A stretch of DNA of 64,000 bases from Octopus sinensis (Eukaryota). The stretch is taken from assembly GCF_006345805.1 (NCBI RefSeq), contig NC_042997.1, forward strand, positions 135,346,001-135,410,000, written 5' to 3'. Position 1 is the stretch's first letter. Every line of letters starts with the position of its first letter. A model generated the notes under the pieces. The model saw only the letters and a program-made list of their open reading frames with translations. It did no database searches and had not been told where the DNA came from. Positions 25,771 to 36,469 of this stretch are shown here, piece by piece. The position numbers and the translations under genes are program-made.

Positions 25771-28700
25771 AATGTCTGATTACTTTACTAATATAATTCT
25801 TCTGGAGTTAAGTGACCGATGTCTTACTATCAATAAATCCAGTAAAGTTTCTATTGAAAATAAAACTTACGAATAAATAAGCAAATGTAGGATATATGGC
25901 TGGAAAAATATGCAAATTCTGTCTCACTATATTCCTTTTAATGGTAGCAAAATGTATGAAAAGGACACCAGACAGTTTTACATAATTCTGCACATGTAAT
26001 GTGTAGCCTAAATTTGTATTGGCGTTTTTGCTGCTAACTAATAGAGCAATTGATTTATAACTTCAGTCAAAACACCGGAGACAGAAATATACCCGTCGAC
26101 GTGATAGTTCAACGTGCGAGAACATAGCAGTCAAATCTTCATTAAATTATACACTAGTCTTAAAAGGAAAAGACATTAAGTGTTGTAAGTTTATGTGGTG
26201 AGGCTAAGCTATTGAAATATTACAAAATTTTCTTACACCAAAACCAAACATATTCATATTCTTAGTAAGTACTGTGGACTGTAAATAGTTTAATGTGCAT
26301 AGTGTTCTAACAAAGGTCATATATTTCTAGAAGAGAAAAACAATAAGTGGAACTAAACCAAATAAAGATTGACATTGATTTTATTGACGTCAGAAAGTTG
26401 GAATCTTTTTAGTTGCTGTCATAGTTTTTGAAATTTTAGAATTAAGTGAAAATATTCAAATTTGATATACAGATATCATATTTTATGCTGAATCTGATTT
26501 TGGTATTCACTTGTTCCTGAAAAAAATTTCAGAAACATGTTACAGAGAGTTGAAGTTTGATCATTTTTACCGAATCAGAAAACAGGATTTGGAAGCTGAC
26601 ATTTTGTACGTGAATGTTGTATATCATAGCATTACGGCGACAAACGTGTAAGAATTTTAAAGTTATAAGTTTTAATGAATAAAATGATGTGAAATGTTGG
26701 AACAGGCATGAATGTTTTCTTCCTTTTCTTGCAAAAAATTATAAAAATACAAACTGCACGTTGAATTAGTTCAGTTCATGTAAACATTTAAGATAATTAC
26801 TATATTTTTGTAGCGAAAATTTAAAAACTAATGTATGAAATACAATCTCCGAGTTTCTCCTTAAATAAATTACAATTTTCCTTACTACGCCACAAAATCT
26901 CACGGAGATACGAGTCAGCCATAGAAAAGTCGGTTCCATAGGGTTGGATCCTTTGTTTATTCCCTCGTTTTAGAGACCTACGTGATTTCTTCTACTTGTT
27001 GCGTGTGGATATCAACTTTGAGTCAATAAACTCAACACTGTTGTTCACTGTTCTATGTCGAAAATTATAACCATCAATTTCAGAAATGTGAAAGTAGGCC
27101 CTTCACAAGTCACTAAAAATTGTGGTTTCTGGAATAAAGTTATAAACTTATTTATTTATAAATTTAATATGAATATAAATTTCCTTTCCATAATTAGTAT
27201 ACAAAACTCCATCAACACACCATATCTGAAAACAATTGGAGGAAAATTAACAGAACTGAAAACTAACACCAACAGAAAAGATCTGAAGAACGAAAGACAG
27301 AGTTAAACTAAATGGGATTTGAACGCTTAATTTGGAAAGAGCGATAAAATTGATTATTAGACACTGAAATTGATGAAAAAGCCAGTTATTTACCAGAAAG
27401 TAACTAGATTTACCATTTCGTGGATATAATCCTTTTTGCATTTAAAATGACGATATCCGACCTAAATATTCTACCTGGTTTATGTTCAAGCCAACGAGGT
27501 CTCTCGCGTTTACTCAACTACGTTATTCTAAAAGTATAAAAATTCCCATAATCGAAATCTCGGAGTTATGAGATAAAGTATGATTAATTCAAAACAATAG
27601 GTATAAATAAGCATTACATTCGACAGAGTAATCTGAATACTAAATGTTTAAGAGTTATATGCTTATTGGTAATAAATAACAGTAAAGAACATCGATTCTT
27701 TAAACTTTCAGCAAAGTGGACTAAAATAAGAAACGAATCTCATATACTCAGAAAGCAGTTATATTTTTCTTTCATCCATATGCATGTGTGAGTAGAAAAT
27801 CATCTGGAAATAAAAAAGAAAAGGAGAAAAGAGGGTAAAAGAAAAGAGAGTAAATTAAGAAGCGGAAGCTACTATTAAGAGATAGCCAGTAGGAGAATAT
27901 TGATGACAGACAGCGAAAGAGAAAGCGACAAGAGTTATGAGAAAGAAAGAAAAAGATTTCTAAAGATTTATAGATATTGTTTTTAGTACATACTAAGACC
28001 TATATTTCAATGAAGAAGAGGAAATGGAAAATTCATTGTTTTTCTCAGTGCATTAAAAGCATTCAGTTCCGATTCAGCACTATATATCATTTATAACTAT
28101 AAATCTTGCTTTTAAAGCTAAACATCTTGAAAGCAGAATCGAATGTCTGGTTTCGATTCTCGTTTGAAACCATATCATTTTACTTAAGCTCATATGGAAT
28201 GAACCCCAATAAATCCTCATATCTCATGTAACGTTAAACTTATTTAACGTTTCTCTGATCATACCGTTTTAAAATATTCAAGTCTATTACAAAGAAAAAA
28301 TATATATCGGATAATCATAGCCTAACAGGAATCTATGAATTCTGTCATATGCCTCATCTCTTATAATATTTCTCTCAAGCAATAAACTAATTTCTTTCGT
28401 TGTTTCTTTTCATTTTATGCATTTCCTTAGCTGCATCATTTAAATTTTGTAATGTTATCTGCTTATTAGAACAACCAGTTACATACGGAAATAGAAAATC
28501 GATTTAAGTTTAGGGTGCTTTTCTGTGATAGCGATGCAACTCAATGCCGAATGAGAATAGACACTTTCTGAGAACATCCCCTAACAACTTGCTGTGGGCC
28601 AGTCATGATATGCTTTACAATCGGCATTGCCCGCTAACAAACGTCTTCATGCCATCTATGGGATGTTTATAAAGATATTTAGCCTGTGAGAAATATTACC

Positions 28701-29448
28701 GAAATTTAATTTCATAGTTGAGAAGCTATTCATATTTTACGAAAATAAATGCCGCTTGATGGTTGCCAATTGGAATCAGCCATTCTTCTTCCCGTAATTT
28801 TGACAAAGCCATCATAGAAGAGAAACAGTAGAGAGAGTATATACAAAATGTACCACCAAAAATAGGGAACCGCAAAAGACCATTTCTATGACCCGCAACA
28901 CCTGAGCAGATATTTTGAAATTAAATGTGTTGTACTGTAACTAACGGTGCTATAGAACTTCACCTACTTCACCTTATCTAGTCAACTTTCCAGTTTTCAC
29001 TCCGACCGACATACATTTTGCATCCTCTCGGCAAATTTTTCCCAAATATCTTCAAACACCATGAAGTTGTTCAAAACGCTTCCAAAGAAATCTGGGATAA
29101 TTAGGTATGATAATTCATGCTATATTTACTTTGCCACGTTAAGTAATGGACATAACGATGTGAGTTCGAATCGCGGCTAGTCAACTTTGTCATAAAATCT
29201 TTTTAGGATTAATAAAATAAGGTACTTGCGAATGACTGAATTTGATATAATCGACTATTCTCTCTCTACATGTTCTAGAACTGTACTAGTGTTATTATTG
29301 CCGCAAAATTTAATAGTATTGTTGTCGCAAAATTTAATCATAGTGTAAACAAATTAGGGCAGTAATCATGTATGAACATTTAGCTGTCTTCGCAATTGTC
29401 TGATACTAATGTTTCTTAATGGCTTGTTTTTTTTTTTTGTTTTTCTAG

Positions 29449-29525
29449 TCTCCTCAGTTCTTTGACAACTGTTACCAACAGGGAAGATGTTGTACAAATG
29501 AAAAATAAAATTTTAAAATATTCTG
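29449..29525 (+). CDS. Candidate internal exon (LLSSLTTVTNREDVVQMKNKILKYS-G)
   Basis: Long poly-T tract with TTTTCTAG| acceptor and weaker donor G|GTTAAT. Only one frame is open, and it splices in frame to 35772. Confidence 0.4.
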
Positions 29526-30296
29526 GTTAATTCTACTTAATATTTTTAAGTACGTGTAAAATACGTCGCAAATGATTTCAACATATTGTCAATAATCACT
29601 TATGAAATAATTTGAAATATCACTAAATAAACTGAATTTTATTTTATATCTCTATATCAAGCTAAGTGACATATCTAACCCCACTAAATCGATATTTTCA
29701 AGAAGTTTGATGAAAATGTCAGTTCTCTTTTCTGTTTCAGAATTTAAGTAACGCATTTATGCTTAACGCATTGATTATTTGCTTGGCTCCTGCATTAAAT
29801 GCCGACTCCATGGCCACATGATTTGTTTTATTTATACGACGACAGAAATTTAAACAATTGAAGAAGTGAATAGTGTAAATGTTTATTTTCTGATATATAC
29901 TTCTTCTGTAGGACTTACGTTCAATCTACAGCTTCAAATTATGAAGTGCTATGTTAGTATGAAGGAGAATATGAAAATTAAAAGCTCTTGAACTTCTGAC
30001 GTTAGGAAGTAATTTATAATGTAACAGAAGAAAGTAAAGATACTTTCAACGGACAATAATATAATGTCGGCCTGGTGCTTGAATGTTCAATGGTATGTAC
30101 ATTGTATATGATGCTGATCTTATGATATACTCCGATACTACATCTTACTGTTTCATTTCACGTGACCATAAACTTCTTTTCTACTCTAGGCACAAATATA
30201 GTATTATATTTAAAAGATGAGGAATTATGCTCATTATTTACGTTACTTACATTATTTATATTTGACGGATATTTGTCCTCATCTTGTTTGTTGTTA

Positions 30297-30340
30297 GCAC
30301 AACGTTTCGGCTGATATCCCCTCCAGTCTTCATTAGTCGT
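30297..30340 (-). ncRNA. Minimal hammerhead ribozyme motif in the 5' pLTR (G5>A mutant)
   Basis: Minus strand: ACGA CTAATGA A GACTG GAGGGGATAT CAGCC GAAA CGT T GTGC. Confidence 0.7.
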
Positions 30341-30389
30341 CCTGGGAAAATTTCGAACCTGGGTTCTCATTCCTAAGGTATTTTTCGAT

Positions 30390-30423
30390 GTTATTATTAT
30401 TATTATTATTATTGTTGTTGTCG

Positions 30424-30497
<74 letters not shown>
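30390..30497. repeat. (TTA)n spacer inside the 5' pLTR
   Basis: Directly visible. Source of the poly-L start of ORF 30388. Confidence 0.95.
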
Positions 30498-30499
<2 letters not shown>

Positions 30500-30573
30500 A
30501 GTCACTGTCTGGAATCGAACTCGGAATCTTGGAGTTAGTAGCCTGCGCTCTTAACCACTACAATATATGCTCG
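30497..30573 (-). promoter_or_regulatory. tRNA-like (Pol III A/B box) head of the 5' pLTR
   Basis: Minus strand: TGTAGTGGTTAAG..GCAGG CTACTAA CTCC..GAGTTCGATTCC. Confidence 0.7.
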
Positions 30574-31760
30574 TCTGACTACTCGGAAAAAATGGCAAGT
30601 CTTCTAAATGTTGGTAGCTACAGCAAAGTAAAGAAAGACCCAACTCTGAAAACAGAGAGGAAGTTGTCACAGATCTTGATCAAGAACAAGGATCACTTTA
30701 AACCAATGACGTACAGACAACTGACTCAACACTACAGTAAACTACCACACATGTACGGTCTCCCTAAGATTCACAAGGATGGCATTCCATTAATACCTAT
30801 AGTGAGCTGTAGATGTTCAGCATGTCATCCACTGAGCCGCTTCCTTGTGGATATAATCAGTCCATTAGCAGGAATGTCAACATCCTTCGTGAAGAATTCC
30901 ACCCACTTCACAGAATTGATCAAGAATACTCCCATTGAATCCAACCAGATGGTGAATCTAGATGTGATAAATCTGTTCACCAAAGTCCCAAATGGTGGAG
31001 CACTATCGGTGATTCAAGAGAAACTAGTGACAGACACCCATCTAAAAGAATGCACTAGTGTACCAATAAGAAACGTTATGGAAATGTTGACCTTCTGTGT
31101 AGAACCTACCTACTTCAGTATAGACACTGATATATATCGACAAGGAGAGGCTATGGATTCGCCATTATCACCGATAATAGCCAATATATTCATGGAATGC
31201 TTTGAGAATTTGGTTTTAGGGTCAACACCACTAAAATCCACCCTTTAGCTGTGATATGTTGGTGACACCTTTATACTCTGGCCCCACCAGGAAGATGTCT
31301 AAATGCTGTTATATCATGTGAACTCAATAAAGCCATCCATGCAGTTCACAATGGAAAAGGAAAACAATAATCAGCTAGCATTCCTAGAGTATTAATAACA
31401 CGGACCAAGCATGGATTCAGGACATCCGTATACCGCAAGCTGACCTTCAATGGACGATACCACAACTTCAATTCTGACCATCCGTACAGTGTATAGGGAG
31501 GGATTGCTCAGTGCCTAAAACATCGAGCAAAGAATATAGGTAGCCCTCGTGATACCCACCACGATGAAATGATCAAGCTCAGTAACAATCTATTAAGCAA
31601 CAACTACCCCAAAAACATACTATCCAATCCAAGTATGAAGAAAAGAGAGAATGAAACCAGTAAACTGGTTGTCCACAGTCTCTCTACCCTATGTGAAAGA
31701 CCTCTCTGAAAAAACTACAAAAGATATGCGGCCCATATGACATCAGGAGAGTATTCAAAA
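30574..31760 (+). pseudogene. PLE reverse transcriptase (disrupted)
   Basis: PHMYGLPKIHKDGIPLIPIVS, VNLDVINLFTKVP, QGEAMDSPLSPIIANIFME and YVGDTFILWP. Stops at ~31246 and ~31252. Confidence 0.9.
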
Positions 31761-31813
31761 GTAATGCAACACTTCGCAAATATCTCCTTCGAGTAAAACC
31801 AATAGAAAAGGAT

Positions 31814-32158
31814 ATGACCAAAAACTGCGTTTACTCCATCCCATGCAGCTGTGGTAGATTATACAAAGGGGAAATATACCGCCCCCTCAAAATAAGGGTA
31901 GACGAACATCTCAAAGCTGTGACACGAGGAGATATTGATAAATCGGGTATAGCTGATCATGTATGGAAAAATGGAAACCATCTCCCCCTGTGGGATGAAG
32001 ATAAAATAATAGACAGAGAACACCACGGGAAAATACGAAAACTAAAAGAAACATCACATATGCTAGGACACAACAACCTCCTAAGCAGATCGAGTGTAGA
32101 TATGAGTAGCATATGGGAACCGGTATTAAGGAAGGATAGGAAAATATTAGATTTATAA
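31814..32158 (+). pseudogene. PLE GIY-YIG endonuclease domain
   Basis: CVYSIPCSCGRLYKGE..R.L..RV.EH..SGIADH and RKLKET motifs. Confidence 0.9.
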
Positions 32159-32186
32159 GCCCTAAAATTCACTCCATAATAGTCCA

Positions 32187-32258
32187 CGGGCATATGGCGT
32201 GGTGGTTAAGAGCGCGGGCTACTAAACCCAAGACACCGATTCGAGGCAATGACCTGAA
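32187..32258 (+). promoter_or_regulatory. tRNA-like head, first 3' pLTR copy
   Basis: GGGCATATGGCGTGGTGGTTAAGAGCGCGGGCTACTAA..., starting 29 nt after the GIY-YIG stop. The B-box is partly deleted. Confidence 0.65.
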
Positions 32259-32426
32259 TAATAGCAATGATAATAATAGCATCGAGAAATTTGCCCAAGA
32301 CACCTAATGAAGATGAAGACAAATATCCGTCAAACGTAAATAATGTACATAAATCCTCCAGCCTTCATCAGGCGTCTTGGGTAAATTTATTATTCTGCTC
32401 ACTGCCCGGAATCGAACTCGGAATCA

Positions 32427-32490
32427 TAGTGGTTAAGAGTGCGGGCTACTAATCTCAAAATTCCCAGTTCGATTCCAGGCAGTAACCTTA
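32427..32490 (+). promoter_or_regulatory. tRNA-like head, second 3' pLTR copy
   Basis: TAGTGGTTAAGAGTGCGGGCTACTAAT...CAGTTCGATTCCAGGCAGT. Confidence 0.65.
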
Positions 32491-32687
32491 ATAATGATAA
32501 TGATGATAATGATGATGATAATGATGATAATGATGATAATGATGATGATAATGATGATAATGATGATGATAATGATGATAATAATGATGATAATGATGAT
32601 AATGATGATAATAATGATGATAATAATGATGATAATGATGATAATAATGATGATAATGATGATAATGATGATGATGATGATGATGAT
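32490..32687. repeat. (GAT/AAT)n microsatellite
   Basis: Directly visible. Confidence 0.95.
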
Positions 32688-32948
32688 AATATTCACCTCT
32701 GGAAACATGGGTGTTTCGTTCAAAATCCTTAAACAACCCTTATTCAGGGAGCTTTTGAGAGGGATGGGTTACTCGACCAGAAGAAAATTTCTAACTGGGC
32801 CCCACCTGCAAGATCATATGGTGTTTATCTTAATATAGGATCACCATGTCGCGCACATATGGTTGTGATGCATATGCCTAGTGTAGTCATGATCGGTATA
32901 CTGGGCTTCATATATTTTACCCCAGTGTCATTTTGATGGTATGCACTC

Positions 32949-32950
<2 letters not shown>
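32688..32950 (+). mobile_element. (TAA)n-tailed non-LTR 3' fragment (copy 2) nested in the PLE pLTR microsatellite
   Basis: Matches 80-368. Flanked on both sides by trinucleotide repeats. Confidence 0.75.
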
Positions 32951-33018
<68 letters not shown>

Positions 33019-33066
33019 TCGAAAAATACCTTAGGAATGAGAACACGGGTTCTAAATTTCCCCAAG

Positions 33067-33110
33067 ACACCTGACGAAGGCTGGAGGCTATATCAGCCGA
33101 AACGGTGTGT
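33067..33110 (+). ncRNA. Minimal hammerhead ribozyme motif in the 3' pLTR
   Basis: ACAC CTGACGA A GGCTG GAGGCTATAT CAGCC GAAA CG(G)T GTGT. Stems I and II are intact; U16.1 is changed to G. Confidence 0.75.
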
Positions 33111-33344
33111 TAACAACAAGATGAGGACAAATATCGGTAAAATGTAAATAATGTAAATAAAGCCTTCAGAGTTTCTTTCTGTTAATTCCTGAGTTACAAA
33201 CGCGCAAGTTGATTTTCTTCAAAAGGATATTATATATAAATAGATGTCTACATTTACGACATGCTCAAAGTTTAAATGAATTAAAACGAAAGTTAAAGTA
33301 AACAAAGACATATAGGCGCAGGAGTTGGGAATAATGATGAGGAA

Positions 33345-34020
33345 GCAATGTCAATCTTTACCATCACAATTGTCTCCGACCGAGTTTGTTCTCAATTCCT
33401 AAGGCTTAATATCTCAACTCTATATCTGATTAAGGGTACTGCCTTTGAATTTAATGCTTCACAAAGACTTTAGCAATCCAGCTTTTCTTACACTGCTTGT
33501 GTCCTCCCAACTAGTCATTTGTTTCATTTCTTCATTCTTATTTGTCTGCTTCCAGTATTCTCAAGTACTTATACCACTGTGATTTCTCAATCGCTGGTAT
33601 TTCAATTCTCTGGCTTCTTTCAATTGTTCCTCGTTTCATTTGCAATATAGCGCACTTTTCAATACCCAAATTCCAAACCCACGTCATTTCAGAAAATGGG
33701 AATAGTATGTAGAAAACTTTATATCGTCCATGAAAAGATGATATATCTGTCCATTTCCTTTTCCTAAAGCATAAGAAGGTTTAACTTTTCGTAGTATCAG
33801 TGAGCGGTATCATGGCCAATACGAATAGTAATGAAAATAAGCTATCAATCTACGTATACAATTTCTAATTACCAATTTATCAACTAAATGATCTTTTGCT
33901 GCCCTACTTTGTTTCCTCCATCCTTTCTGTTCTTCTGGTAGTAAATTGTTACTGTCCAGATGGTTGTATAACACTTCCCCAACACAGCGGTCATAAGTCT
34001 CCTCATAAGTGGCAAACATT
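33345..34020 (-). mobile_element. R4/Dong-like non-LTR RT remnant
   Basis: YNHLDSNNLLPEEQKGWRKQSRAAKDHLVDK and a downstream EKCAILQMKRG-like motif. The 5' flank is (GAT/AAT)n. Confidence 0.7.
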
Positions 34021-34084
34021 TTTATTATCATCATCATCATCATCATTATTATTTTGACTTAAAATTTTGGCAGAAGATCAGAAT

Positions 34085-34240
34085 TTGGGAGAAAGTGAAG
34101 TCGTTTACGTTGACCCCAGTGTTCTACTTGTACTTATTTTATCGACCACGAAATGATGACAGGCAAGTTAGCAAAATTGTTAGCAGGCAGAGCAAAATGT
34201 TTAGTGGCATTTCGTCCATCTTTACGTCCTGGTTTCAAAT
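34085..34240. mobile_element. Two partial SINE family C pieces in opposite orientation
   Basis: GACCCCAGTG..TACTTATTTTATCGACC (minus core) followed by GTTAGCAGGCAGAGCAAAATGTTTAGTGGCATTTCGTCC (plus head). Confidence 0.5.
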
Positions 34241-35771
34241 TCCTCTGGGTTAGATTTAATGCACGAGATCCCACCCATAAATTTTCAGACCTTGTTCTAT
34301 ATGAGAAAGGTTTACTATTATTCGAAAGTTGTTATTATTATTATGGCTTCAGTTTAATAGTTTTGGTAGACCCGATGACAAAATGCCTCACAGTTTTAAG
34401 ATGTGTTCCATTACGATCTGATTTCAAATCCTGCTACAGGCTATTTATTCCTATACTTCAAGAGACGATGAAAAGCAGTACCAGTCGTTTAGTGAATTAT
34501 ATTTAATGAACTATGTCCACTTCAAAAATATCTGACTTTGAACCATTATGGGAAATCCTTCGTATCCGAGCTGTAAATGTCAGAAACAATGTAGTATCAT
34601 ACAGAACTTGTTATATTATTAATAACACGCCTTAAAGTTCTGAGATCAAATCTAACAAAAATTATCTGTCTTTAACAATTAGTTTAAACCTCTGTCTCAT
34701 TGAGGTGCAATATATCCCGGATCAGTCTTATGTTTATTACTATCGAATGAAATTTTTGAAGATGTGCTTTTACCATTCCTTTTTTGTGAGTGCTTCACAA
34801 GGCGTGCATACTTTCCACTTTACATCTGCATGATTTTCATCTTTGTTTATATCCACAATTCTGTCTTAGGCTAATCAATCATAAACTACGTGGTAGATGG
34901 TTTCTTCACAATACCCATAAATTTTCTATTACATTGTTTCTTCTCCATAATTATTATATTTAGTTGTCTTTTCACATATTGCACAAAAAGGTTTTTAACG
35001 TTTAACCATGACGTATCACAATTCTCAGTTTTCTATTTTGTTATTTCTAATATTTCATGCCGTTTCTCAACCTTTATTATATTTGTCTGCTAACTTAGAC
35101 TTTAACTTATATTTGTTGGCTCTATTTCTTGTATTTCCGTTTTTATCTTCGCTGTTTACCAAATAGTTTTATAACAGTACAGCAGATATTATATAAATGT
35201 TTTTCTGTAATAAAATATAAACTTAATCTATCAGTTTTTGTTTGAGCACTCTAGATCAAAGCATTTTCTTGCATATTCACTTGACTTCTGATTAAGAATG
35301 TTATAACTTGATTAAATATTCAACTTTTGGTATTTAATGCAGGTTTAAATATTAAATAGCGCCAATAAAATTCTTATCGGACTTCCATCGGTATGTATTT
35401 TAAGCTCTAGATCATTATTCCTAATGTCAAATTGTCTTATCTCTAATTCTTTATCTAACATGATATCAGTGGTTTAAAATAATTAATCTTTGCTTTGAGT
35501 TGTTCCTTGATACAATTTTATTCTAATATATGTAAGCAAATCGATGTATTGTAATTGCGATTCCAATTGTTTCATAAAAATTTAGGTCATATATTTTTCA
35601 AACGAGATGATTGATTGCGATCGTATCCTTTGTAATTTTTTGGCATCTTATTTGACGAAGTTTTGCAGAATGAAAGATATTAAAACAAACTTACGGTAAC
35701 CAACCGAGCGGATGCTTAGTTCTTGTTTTCTCTCTTACAGTATTCAATTATGAAAACTTTTAGCTTTTCAG

Positions 35772-35865
35772 GTGAACATTTACCAATTGCAATAATAGGA
35801 TTTGCATTTTCTGCACCAGAGGAGCAGTTACTGGCTGCGATACATGTTTTGGATATTGTACGAAG
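35772..35865 (+). CDS. Candidate internal exon (G-EHLPIAIIGFAFSAPEEQLLAAIHVLDIVR-R); product not recognised
   Basis: Acceptor TTTTCAG| and strong donor AAG|GTGAGT. Single open frame with protein-like composition. An alternative in-frame acceptor lies at 35740/35741. Confidence 0.5.
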
Positions 35866-36469
35866 GTGAGTTTATATTTCCTGTTTTGGATGTTAAGAGT
35901 GTTTTCTCATTCACAGTACTTCAAGACCTTGTTGTAGATCGTTGAATATCTTTTCGAATACTTTATAAATACTTATTTTTCTATTCAAAACTTTGGAAAT
36001 TTCCATATCTTGCTTCGTTATTTATCCTCACATGATTGTTTAAATGTAGTTTTGCCTTGACCATTGTTACCCGTTGTATTCCATCGATTTATTATACAGA
36101 ACCCACTACTTCTTTCAGATTTTGACGCTGTATTGATTTTTTAGCAATCCACTGCAGATTCTTTGAATTTAATGACGATATCCTGTTTTGGGCGCACTTT
36201 AATTAACTTCAATTACGTTTTATTTGTGATGTATTTCTCTCGCATTAATATTTGTTTAATTTAACATTTGTATCTGTTTTACTTTAGTTTCATTAGGATT
36301 GTGAAATAGTTTACTTAATATCTTTGTCTTTTCACATTATTTGTTTGTCTTTCACCGTTCTCATATGGGAAACTTTGAAGTTGTAAAATTTTGGGTTACC
36401 ATTTCATTGGCTGCAGTGAAAAGTATTTGATGTCCTCTGATGGTATGAATGTTCACATTTTTTATTATA

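Larger units (their letters stand above)
30215..33170 (+). mobile_element. 5'-truncated Penelope-like element (PLE) with inverted 5' pseudo-LTR and rearranged 3' pseudo-LTRs
   Basis: PLE RT followed by a C-terminal GIY-YIG. 30215-30573 is an inverted copy of the 3' terminal module at 32187-33170. Confidence 0.92.

Noticed and set aside
29910-29953. Additional AG...GT bounded segment near the candidate exons
   Set aside because: Ambiguous frame and not needed for the exon chain. Likely chance.
31240-31260. In-frame TGA in the PLE RT as possible selenocysteine recoding
   Set aside because: It sits next to a TAG, at positions where W and R (CGA) are expected before YVDD. Ordinary decay explains it.
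30497-32490. tRNA-like sequences as real tRNA genes
   Set aside because: No matching acceptor stem, an unusual ACT anticodon and a position inside TE termini indicate a derived head.
32490-32687. Regular GAT/AAT array or SINE repeats as a CRISPR-like array or coding repeat
   Set aside because: Simple microsatellite mosaic with no repeat-spacer structure, no cas genes and a eukaryotic context.
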